Assembly: GCF_006345805.1 (NCBI RefSeq)
Contig: NC_043006.1
Coordinates: 2,108,001-2,172,000, forward strand
DNA from: Octopus sinensis
Lineage: Eukaryota
Reading direction: 5' to 3'
DNA length: 64,000 nucleotides
Positions 50,130 through 63,129 of this stretch are shown here, piece by piece. The notes beneath the pieces were generated by a model. It searched no databases. It saw nothing but the letters and a program-made list of their open reading frames with translations, and was not told the origin of the DNA. The first letter of the stretch is position 1. Each line of letters starts with the position of its first letter. A program made the position numbers and the translations under genes.

Positions 50130-50657
50130 CTCATGTGGGAAAGGTGTAGAGCAATTGCACCCACGAACCCATTTTATTGTGCCCACAGGCTGGTATACAT
50201 GTATGTACAAAATATAGTAGATTTTTCAATTATAAAATTTATACAATATTTGTATGCCTACTTGTGACAATGGGTCGTGTTTCCACTACGATTTAAAATG
50301 GTTAGATTTGAAGAGAAAACATCCGGTATTTGCCATTTGAATGGAAATTTTGTTTACACTATAAAACACATATTGTTACGTTTGTACCACCCCCTTGAGA
50401 CCCATCTACACTCCAGCTGAAAAGTATAGAATACCTCATAAGTAGTATAAACGTCCTAAATTCAGTGGCAGCGTTAATGAAAATGTTACATATTAATTTA
50501 ATGTCTTAAACTTATCTTTATTAATGTGTCTCGAATTATACAAAGATATATACAAGGTTTACACAAATATAGAACTTAAAACTTGTGATTTACCAGTGGA
50601 CCTTTTTTTTTTTTTTGAAATTTTTGCCTGCCACACTAAAAAGTTTCCCTACCCCTG
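50130..50657. mobile_element. Degenerate hAT-type non-autonomous element
   Basis: Right end AGTTTCCCTACCCCTG (reverse of CAGGGGTAGGGAAACT); left end degenerate. Confidence 0.45.
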
Positions 50658-51119
50658 GTTTACAGAGTGTGTTACACATTGTCAGTAGTGTGTGTGTGGG
50701 GTACCTGCACACCATGAATACAAAGTCTGCTGTGACAAAGTGACTCATTATGTTTATGAGAGCCTTTGCAAGCTGAATGGATTCAAAGAATATGAGTGAT
50801 TGCAATGTAGCAGCTGAAGAAGTGAAAATGATTGCCAACTCTACAAAGTTAAAGGTGGAACTTGAAAGAATATGAAACACTGCTATTCCCATGGAAACTG
50901 CCACAATTCCTTGACCAACTTAAAATCAAATACGATATCAACACTCTACAGAAAACTGCCTTATTAGGTACTACTCATATCCTTTGAAAGGTTCTCTCTG
51001 ACTGAATTCTCAGACCTGATGGAAAGAGACCTTAAAGAAAAATCAAGCCAGTTTTAGAAACTGTGAGAAGTGCATAAAAATAAGAGTAAAAACAGCTCCT
51101 GATTTAGGCTGAAGGCCAT

Positions 51120-52170
51120 TTTAAGGGGTGCAGGTTAGTTGGTCAATTACATTGACTCCTGTATTTGATATGTACATTATTTTATTGACCCCCACAAACT
51201 GATAAAAAATAAAATTGACCGCAGCAGGATTTGAACTCAGCATGTAAAAAGCCAGAATGAATATCAGTTGAATGAATAAAGGTGGCGAGCTGGCAGAATC
51301 GTTAGCACGCCGGGCAAAATTCTTAACAGTATTTCGTCTGCTGCTACATTCTGAGTTCAAATTCCACCGAGGTCAACTTTGCCTTTCATCCTTTTGGGTC
51401 GATTAAATAAGTACCAGTTACGCACTGGGGTCGATGTAATCAACTTAATCCCTTTGTCTGTCCTTGTTTGTCCCCTCCATGTTTAGCCTCTTGTGGGCAA
51501 TAAAGAAATAAGAATGAATATTGGTTTCAAATTTTGGCACAAGGCTTGCAACTTCAATATTCAACTGGTACTTGTTTTATCGACCCTGAAAGGATGAAAG
51601 GTAAAGTCGACTTTGGTGGAATTTGAACTCAGAATGTAAAAACAGACAAAATACTGATAAGCATTTTGTTTGGCATGCTAGCAATTTTGCCAACTTGCTA
51701 CCTTAGCCAGAATGAATATCAAAAAGCTTTTTTCCAACGTAATATCTGTTTCTGATTTAGACAGAAGGCCAGCAATTTTGTTGTCAGGAGATCAGTCAAA
51801 TATATTGACCTTGATACTTGACCAGCATTTTATTTTATTGACCCAAAACTTATAAAAGGTAAAGTTGGCCACAGTAGGATTTGAACTCAGAATGTAAAGA
51901 TCCAGAACGAATATCACAAAGCTATTTATCCAACATAATATTTGTTTCTGATTTAGACAGAAGGTCAGCAATTTTGTAGCAAGGGGGATTAGTCAATAAT
52001 ACTCATATCAATACTTGACCAGTACTTTATTTTATTGATCCTGAAAAGATGAAAGGCAAAGTTGACCTAAATGGGATTTGAACTCAGAATGTAAAGAGCA
52101 GGAGAAATATTGAAAGTCATTTTATCCAATGCTCTAATAATTCTGCCAGCTTGCTGTTTTAATAATAACA
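51120..52170. mobile_element. Cluster of SINE family B copies in both orientations
   Basis: Repeated GAAAGGATGAAAGG..AAAGTCGAC..GAATTTGAACTCAG cores; a plus-strand copy at 51280-51510. Confidence 0.75.
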
Positions 52171-53199
52171 CAACACAACAGTTTGGCAATGTTCCATTAA
52201 TGTTTTCAATTTAAGGTGCACTGCTTTTGTGCATGTGTGTGTGTGTGTGTGTGTGTGAGGGGTCACTGCATTGTGCAACAGAATAACATGAGAGATTATT
52301 TAAGAAGGGGTTGGCACCAAATAATTTCATTTCAAAATCTTCCTCCCATTTCTGCATAGAACAAAAAAAAAAGAAAAAGAATTTTTATTGATATAATAAA
52401 ATTACGTAAAAGTGAGACAAGAAATGAGATGAGATAAACCTGATAATTAAAGCAGGAAAAAAATCTGTATGGATCTGACTGGTAGATTTGTAGACATCCA
52501 GTCTGCAGATAGATAAAAATTTGAATTAGAAGTCAAGGTAGGGGGGAGAGAGAGAGAATGTTTGTGGTAGCTGTAGCTGTAAGAGGAAGGGTGAGAGAGT
52601 GATGGTGTATATCAGAAACCATAATATCAGGTAGAAATAAAGCAGCACCTAAATTGAAACCCACCACAAGGTCCAGTCCCTGTTGCAGTTGGTGGCTTGT
52701 GTGTCTCACTGACCTTGAGAGCTTTGGCTTTGGAGCACAAACTCTTTGTAGGGCCTCCTATACTGGACAGTCAAAGAATAGAGGCCAGATGAATATGGTT
52801 TCAAATTTTGACACAAGACCAGTAATTTGTGGTGAAGGGGTAAGTAAATTATATTGAGTCCCTGTGCTCAACTGGTATTTATTTTGTTGATCCTGAAAGG
52901 ATGAAAGGCAAAGTCAACCCTGGTGGCATTTGATCTCAGAACACAAAGATGGATGAAATGCCACTAAGCATTTTTACTGGCATGGTAATGATTCTGCCAG
53001 CTCATTAGTTTTTGGTCAGACTGATATAGACCACCTCTTCCTAGATGTAAAAATGGGCTTGCATAGGGGCCAATGCCCCTACCTAGAAAAAAGCAAATTT
53101 ACAGAAGCATTGATGACAAAGACAATTCAAAAACTGACAAGATCTGGGAGAAGAAGGGTTTCCTTCAGGGAGATGTGAATTGACAAATTCAAAAGGGAA

Positions 53200-53420
53200 A
53201 ACCAATACATCTTGTATTACACATCAGGCCCTGACCTGGAACCCACAAAGGAGGCAGAAAAAAAGATGCTCTAAAAATAGCTGGAGGTGAGATATTGAGA
53301 GAGAGCTGAAAAAGTAGGGACCCAATTGAAGAGAAGCAGAAAAGACAGTCCATAGTTGAGAACAGTGGAGAAAAGTCATTGATGATCTATGTTCCGTAGA
53401 GAGTAAAGGGCTTCAGTAAG
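53200..53420 (+). mobile_element. Degenerate RTE C-terminal fragment
   Basis: Translates to ITHQALTWNPQ..NSWR.DIERELKK. Confidence 0.6.
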
Positions 53421-54404
53421 TACTTTAACACTGAGTCCTTGTGAATGTTCCCATGATGCTGTCAGCAGCACCAGTTGTTGTTTACCAGGAAGTACAGTGG
53501 TGAAAGGATCAGTTGCCATGCCACATTCATTTAAACCACTGGTTTGCCTCTGGGCTCCTCTGATTCCTATTTTAGCCTACTGGACCCTCGTACACCCTTT
53601 TAACGTTTAAAAAAAAAAAATTATATTTTAATGATTAAATATTATTATTTAATTTTTAACGTTTGAAAAATCATATATTTTTATAATTAAATATTATTAG
53701 GAATTATATAGGAATCAGAAAGGTTTTATAATTGTATAAAAAAAATTGTATATTGTAAAAGAATAAACAATTTATTGCATAAATTTAAACAACAAAAATC
53801 TTATATGGACCCCTAAGGGTCACATGGGCTGCAGTTGAACCCATGCAGCTAAACCTATGAGAGAGCCTATATGAGGTCACTCAATTTGCTAGAAATAACA
53901 ACCACATACCCTTTAATAATTGTTTTTAATTTAGGCACAAGACCAGCATTTTTTAGGAGTGGTTGGTCACTACCATTGATGCCAGTACTTGATTGGAATT
54001 ATACAATAACTGCTATGACTATACCTGTCTTAATTTAATCAAAAGTGATAATCAATTCCTAATTTAGCTTCTATCATTAAAGCAGTACTAACCAGATCTT
54101 GAAGAGGAGAAAAAAATTTACCAAAAATTCATCAAAATATCTGCAGTTTCAGAAAAGTTTGACAAAGACTTTGATGGGAAATATATAAAACATAACCAAA
54201 AAAAAAAACAGTGAAGAATTCTAATCCTTTTGATGACAACCCATCTGAGACTGTCTTTTGTTCTATGGTATAAAAACCATTAATTTAAAGTGTTTAAATT
54301 TAAATTAAAATATTCCATTGTAATTTAATAGGTGCTGGTATGGCTGTGTGGTCAAGAAGCTTGTTTCACAACCATGTGGTTTAAGTTTCATATTTCTTTA
54401 TTGC

Positions 54405-54620
54405 CCACAAGAGGCTAAACATAGAAGGGACAAACAAGGACAGACAAACGGATTAAGTCAATTACATTGACCCCAGTGTGTAACTGGTACTTAATTTATC
54501 GACCCTGAAAGGATGAAAGGCAAAGTCAACCTTGGCGGAATTTGTACTCAGAACATAATGGCAGATGAAATACCGCTCAGCATTTCACCTGGCGTGCTAA
54601 CATTTCTGCAAGCTTGCTGT
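54405..54620 (-). mobile_element. SINE family B
   Basis: Reverse of 43499-43730. Confidence 0.85.
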
Positions 54621-54949
54621 CAAAATGTGGTTTAAGTTTCAGTCCTACTGCAGGGCAAGGGTCTTCTGCTAATTGGTCCCAAACAATCGCTTAGTTAATT
54701 GGTTAAATGGTTAACTAGTTTACTGAGAATCATATTAGAAGTGAAATAGAACCAGTGTACATGTTTATTATTAGCTTAATAACCCTTCCAAATCTGTTTC
54801 AACATGCAAGTTCACATCAACAATTTTGCAAATGCTAACCAAATATCAAAACAAAATATTTATATAAATACCAGTTATACACTCGTGTTTTCTTATATTC
54901 CTAACACCAGCTTTACATTTGTATTTTGTAATATAAATGATAAAAATGT

Positions 54950-55195
54950 TCCTTCTCGAGCCATGCCAGGCTCATAAGGGCCGGTTTCCCAGTTTCAGTG
55001 GTGTAGAAATTCCCCACCTGGACGGGACGCTGGTCTGTTGCAGGATTACTCATTTTTGCCAGCTGAGTGGACTGGAGCAACGTGAAATGAAGTGTTTTGC
55101 TCAAGGACACAACGCATCACTCAGTCCAGGAATTGAAAGCACAACCTTACGATCATGAGTTCAACACCCTAACCACTAAGCCACGTGTCTCCACT
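54950..55195 (-). mobile_element. SINE family C
   Basis: Reverse reads GGTGGCTTAGTGGTTAGGGTGTTGAACTC..CAGTCCACTCAGCTGGCAAA. Confidence 0.75.
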
Positions 55196-56039
55196 TGTAG
55201 TATCCCATTTTGTAATATCCCAAACATTGACTTATACAGATATAAATGTGCCGTGTTCTCAACACCAATTTAATATAATAACAAATTAAAATTTCCTGTC
55301 ATAATTTTATAGAAGACTTCTGTTGCATTATGTGTTACATTGTGTTTTGAACAACAGTTCTCCCAGTAAAGTGGTTGATATTGAGAAAGGCATCCAGCTG
55401 TAGAAACCATGTCAAACTAGACATGGGAGCATTACGGAAGTCCACTGAGTCATCAAATCTTGTTGAACTTTTTGTAGCAATTGGATTCGATCCCACATTT
55501 TGCCACATGGGAATCACATTTTGATCATGTGGTCAAACCCAGTTGTTATCCAGTCAATGGTTGTTGTTCACATGATAGATCAGTGGCTATTCTAGACTTT
55601 CTGTGATTGCAGCCTATAAATACAGACCAATTGAGTGTCAAAAGTTTAGAGTGATTTGGTTTCCCATTGACATTCACTTTCCTCATAGCTGTTTTCACAG
55701 CTACATTTTCAACCTGAAATGATTGAAGAAGACACACCACGGCACTGTAAATATGTATTTGAAGTGAAAAAATTAGCCTAAATGTTGAATTTCTGACAAA
55801 GCCTTTCTGCATGTGTCGTACGCATTGTTTCATCTGAACATTTCTGTGCTTGTATTGTAACAATAAATTATGTTCTAAGACATAAAAGAAACCTTCCAAC
55901 TTGTGACACATTCAACCCACACCAGCATGGGAAAAGAACATTAAATGATGATGATGATGATGATGATTGATGATGATGATGATGATGACTTCCTTACTTT
56001 CAAAATTTAAGTTGGAACATAGAGTATGCCATTAGGAAT

Positions 56040-56212
56040 CATCACCGTTTAACGTCCGCTTTCCATGCTAGCATGGGTTGGACGATTTGACCGAGGGCTG
56101 GCAAACCAGATGGCTGCACCAGGCTCCAATCTTGATCTGGCAGAGTTTCTACAGCTGGATGCCCTTCCTAACGCCAACCACTCCGAGAGTGTAGTGGGTG
56201 CTTTTTACGTCA
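56040..56212 (-). mobile_element. RTE 3'-tail copy
   Basis: Same tail motif. Confidence 0.85.
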
Positions 56213-57179
56213 CAAAAGAGTTACGTTCATTGTTTATATATATATATATATATATATATGGTAGTCAAACTTTCTTCAGCTAAGCTGAGAATTGAACCTA
56301 AAATGTCTTTATTTGCTCTACAACTGCAAGACTATAATAGCTTCAGAAACCAGCATTAGTTATAAGATCTGTTCAAAGAATTAAAAAGATGGAATAAATA
56401 AATAAATAAATAAATTGAACGATGGGTTAAAAATTATATTTGTAAATTCTCGCAAATGAAATCTAATTTGTGTGGGAACCTCTTTAAATAGACATTACAA
56501 TCTTCCATATTGAATGGTTCTAGCTTGGTTGACCTGATCTGGGTCATTTAGACTAATTTTACTCATATGAATAATCTGTAATTGATGAAAATAATTTTAT
56601 CATTGTTGTGGCGATAAAAATAATAATAATAATAATAATAATAATAATTACGATTATTATTATTATTTTTCTTATAGTTACTGTTGCTGTTGTTGTTTTT
56701 TTTGCAATTGTCATTATTATTCTAGTAATTTGTATTTTTTAAAAATTTATTTTTGTCTAAAAAATATAAGAGTTTTTTTTTTCCTGTTGAAAATTTTGGA
56801 AATATAAAACATTATTTCCATTGATTGGAAACTAATTCTGATGAATGAAAATGCTGGGTTCATGGCAGTTCTTGAACAATGCCAGCTATTGTTTATTTTT
56901 ACAAGTATTTCATTGGTCAACTCAAATAAACCAATAGAAATTCTTCACCTGACTTGTATCTAGTTTCTTATTTATGGCAATTTAGATGGAAGAGAACATT
57001 GAAATAAAAGACAGCGGTTTGGGAATTTGATGGTGTAACTTTATTAGAGTTTGGAGAAAAGAATGGTTATGCAGGAAAACAATGTATAAAGAATGTTGGA
57101 AATTTTGGGTTTAGCAAACTGTCTCCTGTAAAATGTAAATTAGTGAAAGTGAAATGGATAAATATCATAAAATGGGGTT

Positions 57180-57325
57180 GGATGATGATGATGATGAGGA
57201 GGAGGAGGAGGAGGAGGTGGAGGGGGAGGAGGGGGAGGGGAGAAAGAGATGGAGGAGCAGAAGGAGGAGGATGTTGTTGATGATGATGATAACAACAACC
57301 ACAACAACAACAACATCAGCAACAG

Positions 57326-57420
<95 letters not shown>
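57180..57420. repeat. Compound trinucleotide run (GAT)(GAG)(AAC)(TAC)(AAT)
   Basis: Directly visible. Confidence 0.9.
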
Positions 57421-57424
<4 letters not shown>

Positions 57425-57948
57425 AAATGTGTTGTTAAATAGAAAATTGTTAATAACATTTTGAACTTGTAAAACTGTGAAGACTTACTGTTTTTTTTAA
57501 AAAAAAGATTATTTTTTTTTAATTAGCATTGTTAAATAATCACACAGGACAAAATATAAAAATAAGTAAATAAAAAACGCAATGATTTAGACGTATCGAA
57601 CAATTTCAAATGATTTGTGAGATATCATGAAGTTTAGCGTTCAGTTCCTACCTGGGTCAGCTGGACCTGATCGGATCGGAAAAGAGATGCCAATGGTACA
57701 GGTGCTAGGCATGGATGTGTGGTTAACAACTTCACTTTCCAACCGTGTGGTTGTTGGTTCAATCCCATTGTGTGACATCTTGAACAAGTGTCTCCTACTC
57801 TAGCCTGAGGCTAAGCAAAGCTTCATGAGAGGATTTTGTACACAGAAGCTGCAAGAAAAGCCTGTGATGTATATATACACCCAGATATATATACATACAT
57901 GCATACATACAGACATATATATATATATATGATGGTATGGAGATAGTG

Positions 57949-57984
<36 letters not shown>

Positions 57985-57988
<4 letters not shown>

Positions 57989-58270
57989 TTACCAGCGTCG
58001 CTCTACTGACACCTGTGCCAGTGGCATGTGTAAAAAGATTCGAGTGAGGTTATTGCCAGTACCACCTGACTGGCCCCTGTGCCGGTGGCACATAAAAAGC
58101 ACCCACTACACTCTTGGAGTGGTTGGCATTAGGAAGAGCATCCAGCTGTAGAAACTCTGCCGGATCAAGATTGGAGCCTGGTGCGGCTGTCTGGTTTGCC
58201 AGACCTCAGTCAAAATCGTCCAACCCATGCTAGCATGGAAAGCGGACGTTAAACTATGATGATGATGATG
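57985..58270 (+). mobile_element. RTE 3' UTR and tail copy
   Basis: GTGCCGGTGGCAC..CCCATGCTAGCATGGAAAGCGGACGTTAAA..(GAT)n. Confidence 0.85.
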
Positions 58271-58271
58271 A

Positions 58272-58612
58272 TATATATATTTATGTTAGTTAGTTAGTTA
58301 ATTTTTGGCTCAAAAAGCAAAAAGCAAGGCCATGTAGGGGGACATGGAGTTATGTACAGGGTGCTGCTCATGTAAAGAATTCAGGCCACTTGTGGTCAAG
58401 GGAGACTTTGAACCAAGCGGTCATCGGCATCTTCCCCATCTCATCCGGCAGTTTATTCTACGGATCCGCAACCCGGACGGAGAAAGCCCCTCTCCTTCGA
58501 TTAAGATGAAATCGTCGCAGATAGAGCTTTTCGGAGTGACACTGCAGCCGACGCTCTGGAGCAGGAGCGAAGAACAGCTCTTTCGAGAGGTTACACTTTC
58601 CACTTATGAGTG
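58272..58612 (-). mobile_element. CR1 family a 3' end
   Basis: Matches 17271-17560 and 36010-36320; (TAAC)n tail. Confidence 0.9.
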
Positions 58613-59199
58613 GGCTTCTTTCAGTTTCTGCCTACCAAATCCACTCACAAGGCTTTGATTGGCCTGAGGCTATAGTAAGAAGACGCTTGCCCAAAGGTGC
58701 CACAGAGTGGGACTGAACACGGAACCATGTGATTGGGAAGTAAACTTCTTACCACCCAGCCATGCCTGCAGCTATGACAGGCTTCTTTCAGTTTCTGTCT
58801 ACCAAATCCAACCGCAAGTCTTTGGTTGGTCCAAGGCCATAGTAGAAGCATTGCTATTTTGACCCTTTCTGACCATGACCATCACTACAATAGTTCTGCA
58901 CTACCACCACTACCATCAACTAGTGAGAGACCCCTTACATGGTCAATTGGATCTGCTAGAAATTGCAACCAAATCTACCTCAAATTACATTCACCCGCCT
59001 CCCCAAAAGGACACTTTAACTTATGATGTCTGTGGTATTTTGTCAGGAGGGATAGTCATGTTAGAAATGCCCACATAAGGTTAAACAATAGCAACCAGTA
59101 ATGTGTCAGTTTTAATTGAGGTTGTGGGTAATTAAAACTCATTAAAATAATTAGAATTCTCTTGATTGTTCTGACTAACATTCTACTATTTGACTGGGA

Positions 59200-59640
59200 C
59201 ACATCTCCCTTCTTCTCTTTCTCTTCTCTCTCTCTTCTTTCTCTCCTTCCTTCCCTCTCTTTCCCTCTTTCTCTTCTCTCTCTCTCTCTCTTCTTTCTCT
59301 CCTTCCTTCCCTCTCTTTCCCTCTTTCTCTTCTCCCTCTCTCTCTGCACTCTCTCTCTCTTCTTTCTCTCCTTCCTTCCCTCTCTTTCCCTCTTTCTCTT
59401 CTCCCTCTCTCTCTGCACTCTCTCTCTCTTCTTTCTCTCCTTCCTTCCCTCTCTTTCCCTCTTTCTCTTCTCCCTCTCTCTCTGCACTCTCTCTCTCTTC
59501 TTTCTCTCCTTCCTTCCCTCTCTTTCCCTCTTTCTCTTCTCCCTCTCTCTCTGCACTCTATCTCTCTTCTTTCTCTCCTTTCTCTCCTTCCTTTCCTCTC
59601 TTTCCCTCTTTCTCTCCCTCCTTCCCTCTCTCCCACTCTC
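59200..59640. repeat. 69-bp polypyrimidine minisatellite, ~6 units
   Basis: TGCA marker recurs at 59345, 59414, 59483 and 59552. Confidence 0.92.
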
Positions 59641-59689
59641 CCATCACACAACCACACACAGGAACTTTTTTCTAGTTGTGCATCTTATG

Positions 59690-60160
59690 CAGTAGTGGTG
59701 GGGTTAGTAGTGGCTTTGGTGGTAGTGGTCGTGATATAGATGGTATGTTGTAGCAGTAGTGGTGGAGGTATGGTGGTAGGGTTGCAGTGCTGGTGGTAGT
59801 AATGGTAGCAGTATTGATGATGATGGTGGTATTGTTGCAGGTCAGTTGGTGGTGTCGGTGGTGGTGTCGGTGGTGGTGTTGATGGTAATGGTGGTGGTGG
59901 CGGTATGGAGACAGTGGTGCAGTATAATGGTAGGTGGTGACAGTAGTAGTAGTAGTTGTAGTGGTGATAGTGTTGGTACAACGGTATGGTATCGTGGCTG
60001 CAGTGGTAGTGCTGGTACTAGTAGTGTTAATAATGGTAGTGGGAGTGACAATGGTAGTTGTGGCTGTAGTACTGGTGGTAGTGGTATGAGGATCGTATAG
60101 TATAAAGATGGTAGTGGTATGAGGATGGTGGTGGTATGAGGGCAATGGTGGTATGAAGAC
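59690..60160. repeat. (GGT/AGT)n trinucleotide mosaic
   Basis: Directly visible. Confidence 0.85.
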
Positions 60161-60189
60161 GATAGATGCCTTTAGTTGTTCTACAGAGC

Positions 60190-60665
60190 AGACTTATCTT
60201 CGAGAATTACCTGAATATTTTGGCTGACCATATCCCTTCTATGGTACAAATATCATTCCTTGATTACAGCACGATCTTCCAGGAATCTGCCAATTCACAT
60301 GGTTAATGCTATTCAAAATTGGTATGAAGAACACAAAAGTGGAGAAGACCACTTGGACTGGTTCCCACAGTCACCAGATCTGAATATAATCAAACATTTA
60401 TGGAGCATTTTGAAGCTGCAAATGAGGAGCCAATTGCCTCCCCCATTGCTGCTGACAGAGCCAAAGCAGGTTTTACCTGAAGAAGTGCTCAAATTTATTT
60501 CCCTGGCAACCGTTCAGAACCAGTACTATTCAATTCTTCAACTTATTAAAGAATTCCTCAACATATTAAAGTTGGTATTGATGTCAAAAGTAGATGAACT
60601 CCAAAGTAAATAATACAAACTTCCATTTATCAAAGTGTTCTCATTTGTTAGTCTAACCAATGCTC
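60190..60665 (+). mobile_element. Tc1 transposase 3' fragment
   Basis: LDWFPQSPDLNIIKHLWSILK (motif around the third catalytic residue). Confidence 0.85.
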
Positions 60666-61220
60666 ATACATACACACACACACACACACACAAGAGGAAA
60701 AGCAGGTATAAAAGGCATCAGATGTTGTGTGCCAGAGAGAAGACTGTGCTGGTTTGATCATGTGATGCGTATGGATGAGAACTAATTGTAGAGGGTACCT
60801 GTAGAAGGAGTAAACTCAGGAAGACATCTTCAGATGCTGGGTCTCACTGAGGAAATGACAAGGGACCAGGAGATGTGGCTGTCTTCATCACATACAGACT
60901 TGGTCTTTTAGGTGCCAGTGCCACATAAAAAGCACCTGTAGTGGTGCTGTGTAAATGCACCCGAGCTAGTGGCACATAAAAGGCATCCTGTAGCCATCCA
61001 TCAAAGGTCTCTACATGCTTTAGGGCCTTTCAATCCAATGCCATAAACACCCCACTCCATTTACTCTAGATTCTTTGTATTATTTACTTATCAACCACTT
61101 CCTGACCACAAGTATCCTTACTTCCCCAATGTGTGTGTGAACTACTAGCAACACAACACAATACTACCGAGATTTAACTCGGAGCAAAGTGTAGATCTTA
61201 TAACTTTTGAAGCATATTAT

Positions 61221-61326
61221 GTCACCTGATGAAGCTCCCTTGCACTGCACGATGCATCTGATGTCATTACATCATTCCCCACCCACTAGGGAGCAGTGCA
61301 GAAGGCAGCTGAAACGATTGTTGTAC
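61221..61326 (+). ncRNA. Degenerate type I hammerhead ribozyme with long stem II
   Basis: GUCAC-CUGAUGA-AGCU-CCCUUGCACUGC..GCAGUGCAGAAGGC-AGCU-GAAA-CGAUUG-UU-GUAC; stem I imperfect. Confidence 0.6.
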
Positions 61327-61344
61327 TAATTAAAGCATCTAGTT

Positions 61345-61650
61345 CAGGCCTGGCCAACTTGAATTATATTGCAGGCCACTTTAATCGCAGAAAGTTTTCT
61401 GAGGGCTGCTCGTATACTGACAGAATTGAAAGCATTTTGCTTTCTCCTCCTATTATTACAACAATGAATGAACGATCGTTGATTCAACATGAGATATTAT
61501 CATTGCAAAAACAGTGGCAACTTTCGTTTTCACTTTTCATTACAATCTTTAATTTTTGATAAAACTTTTAAAATGTTTGTTTAAATAAACCCATTCCAAG
61601 AAAGTCTACAGCCCACATGTGGCCCACGGGCCTCAGGTTGGCCAGCCCTG
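61345..61650. mobile_element. hAT-type MITE
   Basis: TIRs CAGGCCTGGCCAAC and GTTGGCCAGCCCTG; exact 8-bp TSD ATCTAGTT at 61337-61344 and 61651-61658. Confidence 0.92.
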
Positions 61651-62394
61651 ATCTAGTTACACTTCATCTCCCATATCAATCATTTAATATATACCCAATG
61701 TGCACCTAAGAATTTCGTACGTAGATCCAGCGATGAAAGTGCAGTACCATGGATGACACCTGGTCGCCATAATTGATGAACATGCTCTGTAGGCACACTA
61801 CCTGTGACTTACCTGAAACAAGGTTTGGATGCTGCATTTTAATGTCTCCTATCTAAACCTTAATTTTAAATTTAACTTATATATATTTACACAGACACAG
61901 ATACAGACACATGCACACTCACACACACATACACGCATCCCCCCACACATAAAATATATATAATATACATATATGTTTGCGTGTGTGTGATTAAAAGGTC
62001 AATTTTTCTCCTTAATATTTCTACATTTTCACAAATATGATTGTGATGTTTTTTTCATTGATTCTATAAAATTTTCTTTAATGAGGCTTCACTAGTCTCC
62101 ATTTGATTCAATGCACTCGTCAAATATCTAAACTCTTCTCACCTGACACAATATCTCTCTCTCTCTCTTTCTCTCTCTCTCACCGGTACATATTGGTCAT
62201 AGCTGATGTATTTATAGAAAAATACAATGGAATATTTAACAAACAGAGCACCGTAGCAACAAAATAACGTAACACCAGACATCATGGTCAAACTATTTCT
62301 TGAAAGCTAAATGAAGAAATCTGACGTCAATGGTTTTAAAAATATTTTGAGTTTGGTGATAAGAAGTCAAAGTCAGACACAACAACAATCTTAC

Positions 62395-62464
62395 CGTGAT
62401 TGTTGCTCTTAATCAGACGTTTATAAGGAAATTCTGCTAAATTCACTTCATCCAAAAGATAAGA
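62395..62464 (-). CDS. Candidate internal exon (SYLLDEVNLAEFPYKRLIKSNNH) of an unidentified gene
   Basis: Acceptor CTTTTTCCATTCCAG, donor ACG|GTAAGA, open frame, non-repetitive context. No homology recognised. Confidence 0.35.
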
Positions 62465-62659
62465 CTGGAATGGAAAAAGTGTCTGGAAATGTTGATGGAT
62501 CTGAGGAATTTATTTTCCCGAGCAAAATACACAAACTTATAAGGGAATATAGGAAAGTGTTCTTATATTTAATATTTAAAAAAAAAAGTAAAATAGTAGA
62601 ATGTCCTCCTCCTCCTCCTCCTCCTCCTCCTCATCATCATCATCATCATCATCCACACA

Positions 62660-63120
62660 TACACACACACACACACACACGAACACATACACACACACAA
62701 GCACACACACACACACACATCTATACATAGTTTGTGTTGACTGGGACTTCAAGTTATGCTTTAGCAAACAAAATGTAAAGAAAATTTGAAGTCCCAATCT
62801 ACATGAATTTTACAGTAAATTTGACTGTACTCTATGTAGGTAGGTAGGTAGATAGATATGTATCTATATACACACAAACGCTTACACACACACACACACA
62901 CGAACACATACACACACACAAGCACACACACACACACACATCTATACATAGTTTGTGTTGACTGGGACTTCAAGTTATGCTTTAGCAAACAAAATGTAAA
63001 GAAAATTTGAAGTCCCAATCTACATGAATTTTACAGTAAATTTGACTGTACTCTATGTAGGTAGGTAGGTAGATAGATATGTATCTATATACACACAAAC
63101 GCTTACACACACACACACAC
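62660..63120. repeat. Perfect 221-bp tandem duplication bounded by (CA)n
   Basis: CTATACATAG at 62721 and 62942; intervening sequence identical. Confidence 0.9.
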
Positions 63121-63129
63121 ACACGTCCT

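Noticed and set aside
55546-55911. 121-aa minus-strand ORF, and an overlapping plus-strand mini-exon (LHFQPEMIEEDTPRH)
   Set aside because: No motif, the two strands conflict, and it is within chance expectation.
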